Shown here: piece by piece, positions 38,849 through 49,086 of the stretch | Numbering within the stretch: the stretch's first letter is position 1 | How the letters are laid out: each line of letters opens with the position of its first letter | Assembly (NCBI GenBank): GCA_944331895.1 | Contig: CALVIX010000006.1 | Span: 1,798-65,797 of the forward strand | Length of the DNA: 64,000 nt | DNA from: an uncultured Bacilli bacterium | GTDB taxonomy: Bacteria; Bacillota_I; Bacilli_A; RF39; UBA660 | Reading direction: 5' to 3' | Program-made: the position numbers and the translations under genes | The notes under the pieces: generated by a model | The model's input: only the letters and a program-made list of their open reading frames with translations | Told to the model about the DNA's origin: nothing | The model's database searches: none

Positions 38849-39589
38849 TTAATAAAAGACATCTTTTAAATAAAGTCCCTCTGGATGTGCTGTTACTCCT
38901 GCCTTGCGACGATCCTTCGCTTCCAATATTTCTATAATATCTTCCGCTTTTCGTTTTCCTTCACCAATCTCGATCAACGTACCAACCATATTTCTAACCA
39001 TATATCGTAAAAAACCTGTCCCTAAGAAAGATAAAACAATCATGTTACCTGCTTTTAAATCACGTACGAGATTTGCTTGAATAATCTTTCTTACAAAATC
39101 ATCTTTTTCTTCGTTTGCCTTACTAAATGATTTAAAATCATGCTCACCTTCTAAGTATTTCATAGCGCGTTCCATCGCTACAACATCCAAACGTTTATTA
39201 TACTGATATACGTAATCTTTCTCTAACGGATTATACTCTCCCATATTGATTTTATAAATGTACTCTTTTCCTTTTGCGTTGTATCTGGCATGAAACATAT
39301 CACTTACAACATTCACTTCTCTAACGTAAATATCTGCTGGCAATAAACTATTCATCGCTTTTTTTAATTGCTCTGGTGTCATCTCTAAATCTAAATCAAA
39401 ATGCGCTTTCTGTCCTAAAGCATGTACTCCAGCGTCTGTTCTACCTGAACCATGGATCGACACCGCCGTATCATTATTGATCTTTTTTAGAACTTTTTCC
39501 ACTTCATTTTGTACAGTCTTGCCACGTGGTTGTTTCTGATACCCTTTATATTTTGAACCATCATATGCAAACGAAATTAAAAACCTCAT
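38849..39589 (-). CDS. truA: tRNA pseudouridine(38-40) synthase TruA
   Basis: MRFLISFAYDGSKYKGYQKQP...GSGRTDAGVHA (catalytic Asp). The start was trimmed to the conserved N-terminus. Confidence 0.9.
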   Translation of the reverse strand: MRFLISFAYDGSKYKGYQKQPRGKTVQNEVEKVLKKINNDTAVSIHGSGRTDAGVHALGQKAHFDLDLEMTPEQLKKAMNSLLPADIYVREVNVVSDMFHARYNAKGKEYIYKINMGEYNPLEKDYVYQYNKRLDVVAMERAMKYLEGEHDFKSFSKANEEKDDFVRKIIQANLVRDLKAGNMIVLSFLGTGFLRYMVRNMVGTLIEIGEGKRKAEDIIEILEAKDRRKAGVTAHPEGLYLKDVFY

Positions 39590-40320
39590 ACCATTACCTC
39601 TCTCACTACAATTATCACGAATACAAATACGCACAGTGCAATACTCATAATCGATCTTTTATCATTGATTTTAACCTTTTTGTCTTTTCGATACGCATCA
39701 ACACGAAATAATTTAACTTCCAGCATATCTGAAAAGTTTCTCGTTTTTTTCTCTAATCTTTCTTTCAGTCCTACAAAATATATGTTTTTATACTGTAAGT
39801 AGTCTCTTCTACGTAACAAACTTCGATCTAATCCTCTTGTTTGCAACGCAAACAAAGTTTGCCTATGTGCACTAAAAAACTCTTTGATATACAAACATAA
39901 TAATACAATTTGATAAGATACTTTTTCTGGATACAATCCAAAAAACGAAAGTGGACGACATATAAAATTTAAACTCTCTGCTTCTTCCAATAATGTTGTT
40001 TGATTGATATAAAACATTATTAAAAAATACGCTATTATCAGTTTAATGCTGTAACGCACTGATGTCAATAGATTTCCCGTGATAAAAAAGAAGATGACAA
40101 AACTTAACAAAACAATAATACCGATAACATATATCCATATTCTATCTAATTTTATATGTCGGTTAAAATATAAAATTACGATTCCGAACGCAAAACATAA
40201 TAAAACCAAAAGTGAATGACAGACAATAATAGATAATAATATCAAAAGCATACAGATTAACATACAAGTTGGAGAGATAAAAAACGTGCAATTTTCTTTA
40301 TTTAGCATGGCGATACACAT
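39586..40320 (-). CDS. ecfT: energy-coupling factor transporter transmembrane component EcfT
   Basis: Polytopic CbiQ-like protein with the coupling-helix motif ALQTRG. Its position after ecfA1-ecfA2 and before truA matches Bacillus. Confidence 0.75.
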   Translation of the reverse strand: MCIAMLNKENCTFFISPTCMLICMLLILLSIIVCHSLLVLLCFAFGIVILYFNRHIKLDRIWIYVIGIIVLLSFVIFFFITGNLLTSVRYSIKLIIAYFLIMFYINQTTLLEEAESLNFICRPLSFFGLYPEKVSYQIVLLCLYIKEFFSAHRQTLFALQTRGLDRSLLRRRDYLQYKNIYFVGLKERLEKKTRNFSDMLEVKLFRVDAYRKDKKVKINDKRSIMSIALCVFVFVIIVVREVMV

Positions 40321-41137
40321 CCTTTATTAAATCATTGATATCATCTCGATAACCCAATTTTATCTTCTTTTGGTCTAATACTTTCTTTGAAAAAAGAATC
40401 GTTTTAGGAATAGAAATCCCTGCTCTTTCCAATTTTTTTACTTGTTGAAACACTTCCATCTTCTTACCAGATAAATAAATTTTCCCACGATTCAAAATCA
40501 ATATTTGATCTGCCACTTGAACTGCAAAATCACTATCCCTACTCATGATAAGAATTGTCTTATTATATTTTCTCTTCAATGAACGAATCGTTCGTATCCA
40601 CTGTCCTTTGCTGTAAGAATCTAATCCTACTGTCGGCTCGTCCAATATGATGACACTCGGATTATAAGCTAGGACTGCCGCAAAAGCAATTTTCTTTTTT
40701 TCTCCTAAACTAAGTCGAAAAGGATTTTTGTCTAAATAAGATTCATCTAGATCTACCATTTTTAACGAAGCTAGAATATGCTGTTCTATTTTATCTGGAT
40801 GATACTTGTATTGTTTCATTGCAAATGCTATCTCTTCTCTTACGGTATTTGCTATAAAATTTCTTTCTGGATATTGTTCAACAACCCCAACAAGACGATA
40901 TAGCCCAGCATAATGAAAAGCCTCTAATCCTGATTTTATGATAAAAGGTCCAACCGTAATGGTTCCTTCTGTTGGAAATTTTAATGTTTGAAGCATTTCT
41001 CTTAAAATACTTTTTCCACTACCACTTTTTCCCATGACTACAGTTACCTTTCGTTCAACAGCAGTAAAACTAATATCACGTAACTGAGTAGTACCATCAG
41101 TATCAATATATTTTACGTTATCAAACTTTACTTCCAT
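40298..41137 (-). CDS. ecfA2: ECF transporter ATPase EcfA2
   Basis: Walker A GKSGSGKS, signature LSLGEKKK and Walker B IILDEPT. Confidence 0.85.
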   Translation of the reverse strand: MEVKFDNVKYIDTDGTTQLRDISFTAVERKVTVVMGKSGSGKSILREMLQTLKFPTEGTITVGPFIIKSGLEAFHYAGLYRLVGVVEQYPERNFIANTVREEIAFAMKQYKYHPDKIEQHILASLKMVDLDESYLDKNPFRLSLGEKKKIAFAAVLAYNPSVIILDEPTVGLDSYSKGQWIRTIRSLKRKYNKTILIMSRDSDFAVQVADQILILNRGKIYLSGKKMEVFQQVKKLERAGISIPKTILFSKKVLDQKKIKLGYRDDINDLIKDVYRHAK

Positions 41138-41991
41138 ATCGCATCCACCATTTCATCCATATCTAGTATCAAATGATCCACTAATCCATAATATTTAAGC
41201 TTATTAGATAAACTTACCATAAATGGAAGTTGTAAGCCTGCTGCTTTTATAATTTTTGTTTCTTGTAATACTTTTTCTTTCGTATCAAACAAAATTGCTT
41301 TTCCTTGACTTAGTATTACAATATCTTCTCCATACATTGCATCTTCCAAATCTTCTACTGTCTGTACAATCGTCGCGTGTTCATTCTTGTGATATCTATT
41401 TAAAATTGAAACGACTAATTTCTTATCTTTTTCATCCAGTCCTAAATAAGGCTGATCTAATAAAAGAATTGGTGGTTTTCGAATCAAAGCAGTCGCAAGT
41501 AATAATCGTTGCCTTTCCCCGCGTCGTAGTTTTGACACGGAAAGATCTAAAATTTTATCTAATCGGAATTCTTTGCTAATTTTTTCTACTTTTTCCTTGA
41601 TTTCATCTATGGATAAATTTAAATTTTCTAGTGGAAATTCCAATTCTTCACGAACTGTATCTTTAATAAAAACGTGATTTCTATTTTCTAACAGAACTCC
41701 CAATTGTTTACGAATGGAACAAATGTTTCTTCCACACATTTGATATCCGTTAATATGAATATTAGCATCAGCTTTTTTCAGTCCACATAATATTTGAATT
41801 AAAGTGCTCTTGCCACTGCCATTTTTGCCAGCAATTGAAGTAAAGGTCCCTTTCTGAATTACTAAATTAAAATGATCAAAAAACATTCTATCATCATAAC
41901 CGTAAATCAAATTTCGAATTCGGATTGCGTCTTTCACAATACCACCACCATTAAATGCTTCTATTATAATACAATTCTCATATTTTTTCAA
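41128..41991 (-). CDS. ecfA1: ECF transporter ATPase EcfA1
   Basis: Walker A GKNGSGKS, signature LRRGERQR and Walker B LLLDQPYLGLD. The start is uncertain. Confidence 0.8.
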   Translation of the reverse strand: MKKYENCIIIEAFNGGGIVKDAIRIRNLIYGYDDRMFFDHFNLVIQKGTFTSIAGKNGSGKSTLIQILCGLKKADANIHINGYQMCGRNICSIRKQLGVLLENRNHVFIKDTVREELEFPLENLNLSIDEIKEKVEKISKEFRLDKILDLSVSKLRRGERQRLLLATALIRKPPILLLDQPYLGLDEKDKKLVVSILNRYHKNEHATIVQTVEDLEDAMYGEDIVILSQGKAILFDTKEKVLQETKIIKAAGLQLPFMVSLSNKLKYYGLVDHLILDMDEMVDAIWK

Positions 41992-42087
41992 TTGCGAACA
42001 TCATTCTAAAAAATACATTGCGAAATTCAAAAATAAATGATACAATCAAAATAGGAACAATTACTAGTTTCGGGAAAGGGTGAGATT

Positions 42088-42831
42088 ATGTTAGAAGGAA
42101 AAACTGCTATTGTTACAGGCGGTACAAGAGGAATTGGCTTTGCCACAGTGGAAAAATTTTTAGAAAATGGTGCGAATGTTGCCGTGTTAGGTTCTAGAAA
42201 GGAAACTGTAGAAAAAGCACTTGAAAAATTAAAAGAAAAATATGAAAGTGATAGATTTATCGGTCTAGCGCCAAAATTATCAGATGAAGAAGAAGTGAAA
42301 GTTGCTTTTGAAACGGTGAAAAAAACATTTGGAAGTATTGATATTCTAGTAAATAATGCTGGAATTTCTGCTAGAGATTCTCTTTATGAATATAAATTAG
42401 AAGACTTTAAAAAAATCATCGATTTAAATATCACATCTATTTTTAACTGTTCTAAAATTGCTGCTACAACAATGAAGGAACAAGGAAAAGGTGTTATTTT
42501 AAATACAAGTTCTATGGTTAGTTTATATGGGCAAGCAAGTGGATGTGGATATCCGACAAGTAAATTTGCCGTCAATGGTTTAACAAAATCACTGGCAAGA
42601 GAGCTTGGAAAAGATGGAATTCGTGTAAATGCTGTCGCTCCAGGTGTCATCATGACTGATATGATGAAAGATGTACCAGAAAATCTAATTCAACCAATTA
42701 TCCAAACAATACCATTAGGTAGAATCGGACAACCAGAAGATATTGCAAATGCATTCTTATTTTTAGCAAGCGATATGGCAAGTTATATCACAGGGGCAAT
42801 CCTCTCTGTCGATGGGGCAACGATGTGTTAG
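42088..42831 (+). CDS. short-chain dehydrogenase/reductase (FabG-like 3-oxoacyl reductase family)
   Basis: TGGTRGIG cofactor motif, NNAG, and the catalytic S...YxxxK (YPTSK). Confidence 0.8.
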   Translation: MLEGKTAIVTGGTRGIGFATVEKFLENGANVAVLGSRKETVEKALEKLKEKYESDRFIGLAPKLSDEEEVKVAFETVKKTFGSIDILVNNAGISARDSLYEYKLEDFKKIIDLNITSIFNCSKIAATTMKEQGKGVILNTSSMVSLYGQASGCGYPTSKFAVNGLTKSLARELGKDGIRVNAVAPGVIMTDMMKDVPENLIQPIIQTIPLGRIGQPEDIANAFLFLASDMASYITGAILSVDGATMC

Positions 42832-42839
42832 GTGAGAAT

Positions 42840-43505
42840 ATGGATACAAAAGTATTGAGAAATTTATCATACGGTGTCTACATCGTATCGACAATGGACC
42901 ACGAAAAACCTGTTGGTTGTGTCGCTAATAGTGTTATGCAGATCACATCTGATCCAATCACAATTGCTGTTAGTATCAACCATAATAACTATACAAATCA
43001 AATAATTAAAGATTTTAAAAAATTTGCCATCAACATCTTGCCGGAAACAGTAGATATGAATTGGATTGGTACATTTGGATTTGAATCTAGTAAAAATATA
43101 AACAAGTTTGAACATATCGATTATCACATGGAACAATCACTTCCAATATTACCATCTACCTGTGGAGCACTACTATGTGAGATAAAAGAAACAATTGAAA
43201 CATCAACACATACGATTTTTATCGGAACTGTTTATGAAACTGTTTCTGCAACGAATAATAGCCCGATGACATATGCATACTATCATCAAGTAAAAAAGGG
43301 AACTTCCCCTAAAAACGCACCGACTTATATTGCAAATGAAACAGAAGAAAAAAGCGAACCAAAAGAGGATATAAAAAAAGAAAAGAAGACAAAATGGGTT
43401 TGTTCTGTATGTGGATATGTTGTAGAAATGGATGAGCTTCCAGATGACTTTAGATGTCCGATCTGTGGTCGCGGAAAAGAAGCTTTTAAGAGATTGGAGG
43501 ACTAA
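42840..43505 (+). CDS. flavin reductase-like domain fused to a C-terminal rubredoxin
   Basis: N-terminal flavin-reductase-like domain (LSYGVYIVST...GCVANSV). The C-terminal WVCSVCGYV...CPICG is a rubredoxin CxxC...CxxC motif. Confidence 0.75.
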   Translation: MDTKVLRNLSYGVYIVSTMDHEKPVGCVANSVMQITSDPITIAVSINHNNYTNQIIKDFKKFAINILPETVDMNWIGTFGFESSKNINKFEHIDYHMEQSLPILPSTCGALLCEIKETIETSTHTIFIGTVYETVSATNNSPMTYAYYHQVKKGTSPKNAPTYIANETEEKSEPKEDIKKEKKTKWVCSVCGYVVEMDELPDDFRCPICGRGKEAFKRLED

Positions 43506-43531
43506 AAAAGGTACGACATTCGTACCTTTTT
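43505..43531. terminator. bidirectional rho-independent terminator
   Basis: aaaaaggtacg-acatt-cgtaccttttt between convergent genes. Confidence 0.75.
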
Positions 43532-44282
43532 ATGATCCCTTCTTTTTCTGTATATGATAAGTAATTTTTAATAATAATTTCGTAGGAACAAAGCGATAAA
43601 AAACATGAACTAACTTCATTTGAATTCCAGGAACAATAACTAACTTACGACGAAACATTTGCTCAAGTGCGTAATAAGCAACATCATAGCTAGTTAATGC
43701 ATTCAATGAAAATTCAACTCCAGCAACTTTATTAAAATTTGTACTAACTGGTCCTGGGCAAAGTGCACCAATATATACGTGACTTCCGTTTTGTCTTAAC
43801 TCCTCATAAATTGCTTCTGTGAAATGTAATACATACGCTTTTGTCGCATAATAAGTTGCCATCATTGGTCCCGGCATAAAAGCTGCAGAAGATGCCACAT
43901 TCAAAATATATCCTTTATCTTTTTTCTTAAAATCTTCTAAAAATAATTTTGTCAAACAATGCACTGCTTTAATATTCGTATCGATCATATCTAATTCTTT
44001 TTCCAATTTTAAAGAAGAGAATTCACCATATAATCCAAATCCTGCATTGTTAATTACAATATCGATATCCTTATCTTTTACTTGATCATACAACTCTGTA
44101 CAATTGTATACACTAGATATATCGAGATTGATAATTTCTACATTCGTTTTTAATTCTTTTTTCAGCTGTGAGAGTCTTGTCTTACGACGTGCTACTAATA
44201 TTAAATCATATCCTCTCTCACTCAATAGACGAGCCATATCACGTCCAATTCCTGAACTAGCTCCTGTGATTAGCGCTAACAT
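43530..44282 (-). CDS. short-chain dehydrogenase/reductase
   Basis: ITGASSGIG, NNAG and YxxxK (YYATK). The start was trimmed to MLALITGASSGIG. Confidence 0.8.
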   Translation of the reverse strand: MLALITGASSGIGRDMARLLSERGYDLILVARRKTRLSQLKKELKTNVEIINLDISSVYNCTELYDQVKDKDIDIVINNAGFGLYGEFSSLKLEKELDMIDTNIKAVHCLTKLFLEDFKKKDKGYILNVASSAAFMPGPMMATYYATKAYVLHFTEAIYEELRQNGSHVYIGALCPGPVSTNFNKVAGVEFSLNALTSYDVAYYALEQMFRRKLVIVPGIQMKLVHVFYRFVPTKLLLKITYHIQKKKGS

Positions 44283-44400
44283 AAACATCACCCTGCAACC
44301 ATTATAACCCACTTACGTAGGAAATTCAAACAAATTCATCATATTATATATTTTTATTACATACAAAATATGCTAAAATAAAATAGAAATGAGGGATCGT

Positions 44401-45066
44401 ATGAAATTAGCTATTATTGTCGCAATGGAAAAAGAGATTGAACTATTAATCAAGTATTACGAAGCAAAAGAAATATCTTCAATGCATCATATCTATCAAT
44501 CTCAAAAATATCCAAATATATACATATCACGTAGTGGAATCGGAAAAGTAAATGCTGCAATGAATACACAATATCTTATCGATACTTATGAACCAAATTA
44601 TATTATTAATACAGGTTGTGCAGGAAGTCTTGTAGATAGCGTACATATCATGGATACAGTCGTAGCAAAATTTTCCACCTACCATGATTTCTTGCCATTG
44701 AGAATTATGAAACAAAATACACCAGATGAAGGACAAATTGAAAGTAACACTGATATGTTAAATCAAGCAGAACAAGTTTTAAGAGAACGAAAAGAACCAT
44801 ATCATATTGGTACAATTTGCAGTGGAGATTGTTTTGTAACTAATGAATTACAAAGAGATCAGATATACGAACAAACAGAAGCTTTATGCGTCGACATGGA
44901 AAGCGCTAGCATCGCACACGTTGCCAAGAAAAATAACATTCCTTTTATATCGATACGAACGATATCAGATTTTTCGGATGGTGCAGAAGAAAAAGAACAA
45001 GAAGCCGCTAATGTTGCAAGCCAAATCGTAATCGAAATGGTAAAGAATTATGAAAAAACTATTTGA
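44401..45066 (+). CDS. mtnN: 5'-methylthioadenosine/S-adenosylhomocysteine nucleosidase
   Basis: MKLAIIVAMEKE...SGIGKVNAA...GCAGSL...VDMESASIAHV...IRTISD matches the MtnN/Pfs pattern. Confidence 0.85.
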   Translation: MKLAIIVAMEKEIELLIKYYEAKEISSMHHIYQSQKYPNIYISRSGIGKVNAAMNTQYLIDTYEPNYIINTGCAGSLVDSVHIMDTVVAKFSTYHDFLPLRIMKQNTPDEGQIESNTDMLNQAEQVLRERKEPYHIGTICSGDCFVTNELQRDQIYEQTEALCVDMESASIAHVAKKNNIPFISIRTISDFSDGAEEKEQEAANVASQIVIEMVKNYEKTI

Positions 45067-45163
45067 TTGGCTCATTGAGAATGATATGGGAGAACTTATT
45101 GTTCTTATTAGTGGATTCTTACTAATCGTTATTGCCTTTATCTTATATATCCTATTCTATTAA
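45050..45163 (+). CDS. possible 37-aa single-TM micro-protein
   Basis: Hand translation gives MKKLFDWLIENDMGELIVLISGFLLIVIAFILYILFY*. It overlaps the mtnN 3' end by 17 nt and is followed immediately by a terminator. It falls below the ORF-track size cutoff. Confidence 0.25.
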   Translation: MKKLFDWLIENDMGELIVLISGFLLIVIAFILYILFY

Positions 45164-45186
45164 AACACCTAATTAGGTGTTTTTTA
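45162..45186. terminator. bidirectional rho-independent terminator (end of the alpha operon and of the mtnN unit)
   Basis: aaaacacct-aatt-aggtgttttt. Confidence 0.75.
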
Positions 45187-45202
45187 TGAAAAAAAGATGC
45201 AA

Positions 45203-45559
45203 CTATTTTGCATCTCCTTCTACTAATTCTAAAATTACCATTAAGGCATCGTCACCTTTGCGCTCATTTAATTTTAAAATTCTTGTATATCCACCATTTC
45301 TTGTTGCATAACGTACTGCTAAATCATCAAATACTTTTTTAACAGCTTCATTATCGTTTTGTAAGAAAGCAAGTGCTTTTCTTCTTGCAACTAATGATCC
45401 ATCTTTTCCGTAAGTAATCATCTTATCAAGAAACTTACGAGCTTCTTTTGCCCTTGTTTCAGTTGTTTGGATTCTTTCGTTCATGATGAGATCTTTCGTT
45501 AGATTGGCAAGCATACTTCTTCTATGTTTATTATTAACTCCTAATTTTCTATAAGCCAT
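45203..45559 (-). CDS. rplQ: 50S ribosomal protein L17
   Basis: [20 protein letters not shown] conserved L17 N-terminus. It follows rpoA. Confidence 0.95.
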   Translation of the reverse strand: MAYRKLGVNNKHRRSMLANLTKDLIMNERIQTTETRAKEARKFLDKMITYGKDGSLVARRKALAFLQNDNEAVKKVFDDLAVRYATRNGGYTRILKLNERKGDDALMVILELVEGDAK

Positions 45560-45576
45560 AATATTCCTCCTAACTA

Positions 45577-46527
45577 TTAGTCTTCATCGCGGAATTTAAG
45601 TCCCATATCTTTAATTTTATCGATAACTTCTTTTAAAGATTTTTTACCTAAATTACGAATTTTCATCATTTCTAATTCTGATTTTTCCGTCAAATCACCT
45701 AGTGTGTTAACTCCTGCTCTTTTTAAACAATTATAAGCACGAACTGAGAAATCTAAATCATCAATAGAAGTCTCTAATTTCTTAAGCTTACTATCTTCTT
45801 GTTTTGCATTCATAATTCCTGTCGTATCAGCAATTTCACTTAAGTTAGTAATGATATTCAAATGTTCAATCATAATCTTAGCAGATAAAGCCATAGCTTC
45901 CTCTGGACGAATTGATCCTTTTGTATATACATTCATAATTAACTTATCGTAATTAGCATCTTGCCCAACACGAGCGCTTTCTACTTCGTAGCTAACTCTT
46001 TCAATTGGTGAATAGAGAGCATCGATAGGAATATATCCTAATTTTGTATTTTCAACGTATTTCTTGTTTTCATTAGATGGTACATAACCGCGACCATTGG
46101 CAACGATCAATTCCATATCTAATTTTCCACCTTTAGATACTGTTGCAATTACTTGATCAGGATTCATAATTTCTACATCTGCAGAAGTTTGGATATCCCC
46201 AGCTGTCACTGTCTTCTCCCCACTTACAGATAAACGAAGAACCTTTTCCTCTTCTGTATGATTCTTTACTACGACATTCTTTAAATTTAAGATAATTGTC
46301 GTAACATCTTCTACAACACCTTCCATCGTTTGAAATTCATGTGCGACACCATCAATTTTTACAGCTACAATAGCGCTTCCTGGCATACTTGATAACATGA
46401 TTCTTCTAAGTGCATTTCCGATTGTTGTACCGAATCCTCTTTCTAAAGGTTCTAATTCAAATTTTCCATAATTATTACTTTCTACATATTCTGTAATTTT
46501 GTAGACTGGTTTTTCAAAGTTTAACAT
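45577..46527 (-). CDS. rpoA: DNA-directed RNA polymerase subunit alpha
   Basis: [12 protein letters not shown], and the C-terminal domain [22 protein letters not shown]. Confidence 0.97.
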   Translation of the reverse strand: MLNFEKPVYKITEYVESNNYGKFELEPLERGFGTTIGNALRRIMLSSMPGSAIVAVKIDGVAHEFQTMEGVVEDVTTIILNLKNVVVKNHTEEEKVLRLSVSGEKTVTAGDIQTSADVEIMNPDQVIATVSKGGKLDMELIVANGRGYVPSNENKKYVENTKLGYIPIDALYSPIERVSYEVESARVGQDANYDKLIMNVYTKGSIRPEEAMALSAKIMIEHLNIITNLSEIADTTGIMNAKQEDSKLKKLETSIDDLDFSVRAYNCLKRAGVNTLGDLTEKSELEMMKIRNLGKKSLKEVIDKIKDMGLKFRDED

Positions 46528-46547
46528 TCCTCAACACTCCTTTTCTT

Positions 46548-46931
46548 TTATCCACGTGGACGTTTTGGTGGGCGACATCCGTTATGTGGTATTGGTGTTA
46601 CATCAGTGATTGCAGTAATTTCAAGTCCAGCTGTTTGTAATGAACGAATGGCAGTTTCACGTCCTGATCCAATTCCTTTTACGAAAACTTCTACTTTTTT
46701 CATTCCCATAGCAACAGCTGCTTTTCCTGCAGCTTCAGCTGACATTCCAGCAGCAAATGGAGTTGATTTCTTACTTCCTTTGAACCCTAATGTTCCAGCA
46801 GAAGCCCAGCTGATTGCATTCCCTTCTTTATCACAAATTGTTACGATTGTGTTATTGAACGTTGAATGAATATAAGCTTTCCCCTCTGGTACATTCTTTT
46901 TCACTTTACGTTTTCTTGGTTTATAAGCCAT
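46548..46931 (-). CDS. rpsK: 30S ribosomal protein S11
   Basis: [16 protein letters not shown]...[13 protein letters not shown]. Confidence 0.96.
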   Translation of the reverse strand: MAYKPRKRKVKKNVPEGKAYIHSTFNNTIVTICDKEGNAISWASAGTLGFKGSKKSTPFAAGMSAEAAGKAAVAMGMKKVEVFVKGIGSGRETAIRSLQTAGLEITAITDVTPIPHNGCRPPKRPRG

Positions 46932-46957
46932 TTAAATAACCTCCTTTTTTTGCACTA

Positions 46958-47323
46958 CTATTTTTTCTTGTTCGCTACAGTCTTACCTTTACCCTTACGA
47001 GTTCTAGCATTACGATTTGTTCTTTGCCCTCTTACAGGTAAACCTTTTTTGTGACGAGTTCCTTGATATGAGTTAATTTCCATTTTTGTTTTGATGTTCA
47101 TATTAACTTCACGTCTTAAATCACCTTCAGTTAAATATTTGTTTACTTCATCACGAATACGAATTAACTCTTCATTTGTTAAATCTTTTGCTCTTGTATT
47201 TTCGTTAATATTTGCATCCTTACAAATCTTTGTTGCAAGTGATTTTCCGATTCCATAAATGTAAGTCAATGCGATAACGATTCTTTTATTATTTGGTATA
47301 TCTACACCTTTAATACGTGCCAT
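46958..47323 (-). CDS. rpsM: 30S ribosomal protein S13
   Basis: [26 protein letters not shown]. Confidence 0.96.
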   Translation of the reverse strand: MARIKGVDIPNNKRIVIALTYIYGIGKSLATKICKDANINENTRAKDLTNEELIRIRDEVNKYLTEGDLRREVNMNIKTKMEINSYQGTRHKKGLPVRGQRTNRNARTRKGKGKTVANKKK

Positions 47324-47338
47324 AAAACACCTCCTATA

Positions 47339-47452
47339 TTAACCTTGTCTTTGTTTATGCTTAGGGTTTTCACAAATTACGTATACTTTCCCCTTACGTT
47401 TAATTACTCTACATTTATCACACATTGGTTTTACTGATGGTTTTACTTTCAT
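47339..47452 (-). CDS. rpmJ: 50S ribosomal protein L36
   Basis: Hand translation gives [37 protein letters not shown]. It is too short to appear in the ORF track. Confidence 0.95.
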   Translation of the reverse strand: MKVKPSVKPMCDKCRVIKRKGKVYVICENPKHKQRQG

Positions 47453-47463
47453 TCAAATCCCTC

Positions 47464-47679
47464 CTACTTTCTATAGGTTATGCGCCCACGTGTTAGATCA
47501 TATGGTGAAAGTTCTAGTGTTACTGTATCACCTGGTAAGATACGAATATAGTTCATACGCATCTTACCAGAAACGTGAGCAATTACAGTATGTTTGTTTT
47601 CAAGTTCTACTTTAAATCCACCCTTTGGTAATTTTTCAATTACCTTTCCTTCTACTTCAATAATATCATTTTTTGCCAT
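47464..47679 (-). CDS. infA: translation initiation factor IF-1
   Basis: [13 protein letters not shown]...[16 protein letters not shown]. Confidence 0.96.
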   Translation of the reverse strand: MAKNDIIEVEGKVIEKLPKGGFKVELENKHTVIAHVSGKMRMNYIRILPGDTVTLELSPYDLTRGRITYRK

Positions 47680-47683
47680 ATCA

Positions 47684-48430
47684 TCACCTCTTCGTCAATA
47701 TTTCATATCCATCATCCAACACTAAGACCGTATGTTCAAAGTGTGCGGATGGTTTATCATCTGCGGTAATTACTGTCCAATCATCATCTAGCATATACAC
47801 ATCAGCTGTTCCCAAATTTAACATTGGTTCTACTGCGATCACCATTCCCGTTTTCAGTTCTGGTCCTGTTCCTTTCTTACCATAATTTGGTACGTCCGGT
47901 TCTTCGTGTACACTACTACCGACTCCATGACCGACAAGTTCTTTTACTACTCCTAAACGATGTTCAGTCGCGTATTTTTCTACCGCGTATCCAATATCCC
48001 CTACATGGGCACCATTCTTGATGACAGAGAGGCCTTCCATTAAGGCTTGTTCTGTATCGCGAAGTAGTCGTGCTTTTGGATGACTGATATTTCCAACAGG
48101 ATAAGTCCAAGCGGAATCACCATGAAATCCATGATAGCAAGCACCAATATCTATAGATACGATATCGCCTTCCTTCAAACGACGGTTTCCAGGAATCCCG
48201 TGGACAACTTCTTCATTGACTGAAATACAGCATCCAGCGGGAAATCCATAGAGGCCTTTAAAAGAAGGGGTCGCATCCGAATTTAATATAAATTCTTCTG
48301 CTAATCGATTTAATTCCTTCGTCGTAATACCTGGTTTAATAAATTGTTTTAAATAATTATGCGTATCTCCAACAATTTTACCAGCTTTTCTTAGCAGTTC
48401 AATTTGTTCTGGAGTCTTAATTGTAATCAT
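47684..48430 (-). CDS. map: type I methionine aminopeptidase
   Basis: Metal ligands in [13 protein letters not shown] and VIAVEP, at the conserved position after adk. Confidence 0.93.
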   Translation of the reverse strand: MITIKTPEQIELLRKAGKIVGDTHNYLKQFIKPGITTKELNRLAEEFILNSDATPSFKGLYGFPAGCCISVNEEVVHGIPGNRRLKEGDIVSIDIGACYHGFHGDSAWTYPVGNISHPKARLLRDTEQALMEGLSVIKNGAHVGDIGYAVEKYATEHRLGVVKELVGHGVGSSVHEEPDVPNYGKKGTGPELKTGMVIAVEPMLNLGTADVYMLDDDWTVITADDKPSAHFEHTVLVLDDGYEILTKR

Positions 48431-49086
48431 GCCTGACTCCTCAAGATCGTCTCAATTTCCTCGAATATTGTGTCTGCATCCTGCGTGCTATCAATCGTAG
48501 ATACAGCGTTCAATTTTCGATAATAATCTAATAATGGTTCTGTATTTTTCATATATGTTTCAAATCGATTACAGAAGGTTTCTTCATTATCATCGACACG
48601 TTTTTCTAATGCATGCCCACAATGATCACAAATTCCTTCTTCTTTCGGTTTTAAAACATCTATCATATCGTTGTAGACAGCTCCACATTTCGGACAACTG
48701 ATACGACCTAATATTCTTTTTTTTGCGGTTTCTTCATCAATTGATAAATAGATCACATGACCGAGTGGTTTATTCAATTTTTCCAAAATCTCATTATATG
48801 CATAAGCTTGTTCTAATGATCTCGGAAAACCATCTAAAATATAACCATCAGCACAATCTGATTGATTTAAGCGTTCCATCATTAATTCATTAATAATTTC
48901 ATCACTTACCAAATGACCTAATGCCATTTGTTCTTTAATATATCTACCACGTTCATCATCTTTTTTCGTAGCGTCTCTAAGTAAGTCGCCTGTAGAGATG
49001 TGAGGTAAATGATATTTCATCATCAACTTCTTAGATTGTGTCCCTTTCCCAGCTGCGGGTGGGGCGATAAAAATAATACTATTCAT
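48427..49086 (-). CDS. adk: adenylate kinase (zinc-lid type)
   Basis: P-loop GPPAAGKGTQ. The lid is CPKCG...CDHCG. Confidence 0.94.
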   Translation of the reverse strand: MNSIIFIAPPAAGKGTQSKKLMMKYHLPHISTGDLLRDATKKDDERGRYIKEQMALGHLVSDEIINELMMERLNQSDCADGYILDGFPRSLEQAYAYNEILEKLNKPLGHVIYLSIDEETAKKRILGRISCPKCGAVYNDMIDVLKPKEEGICDHCGHALEKRVDDNEETFCNRFETYMKNTEPLLDYYRKLNAVSTIDSTQDADTIFEEIETILRSQA

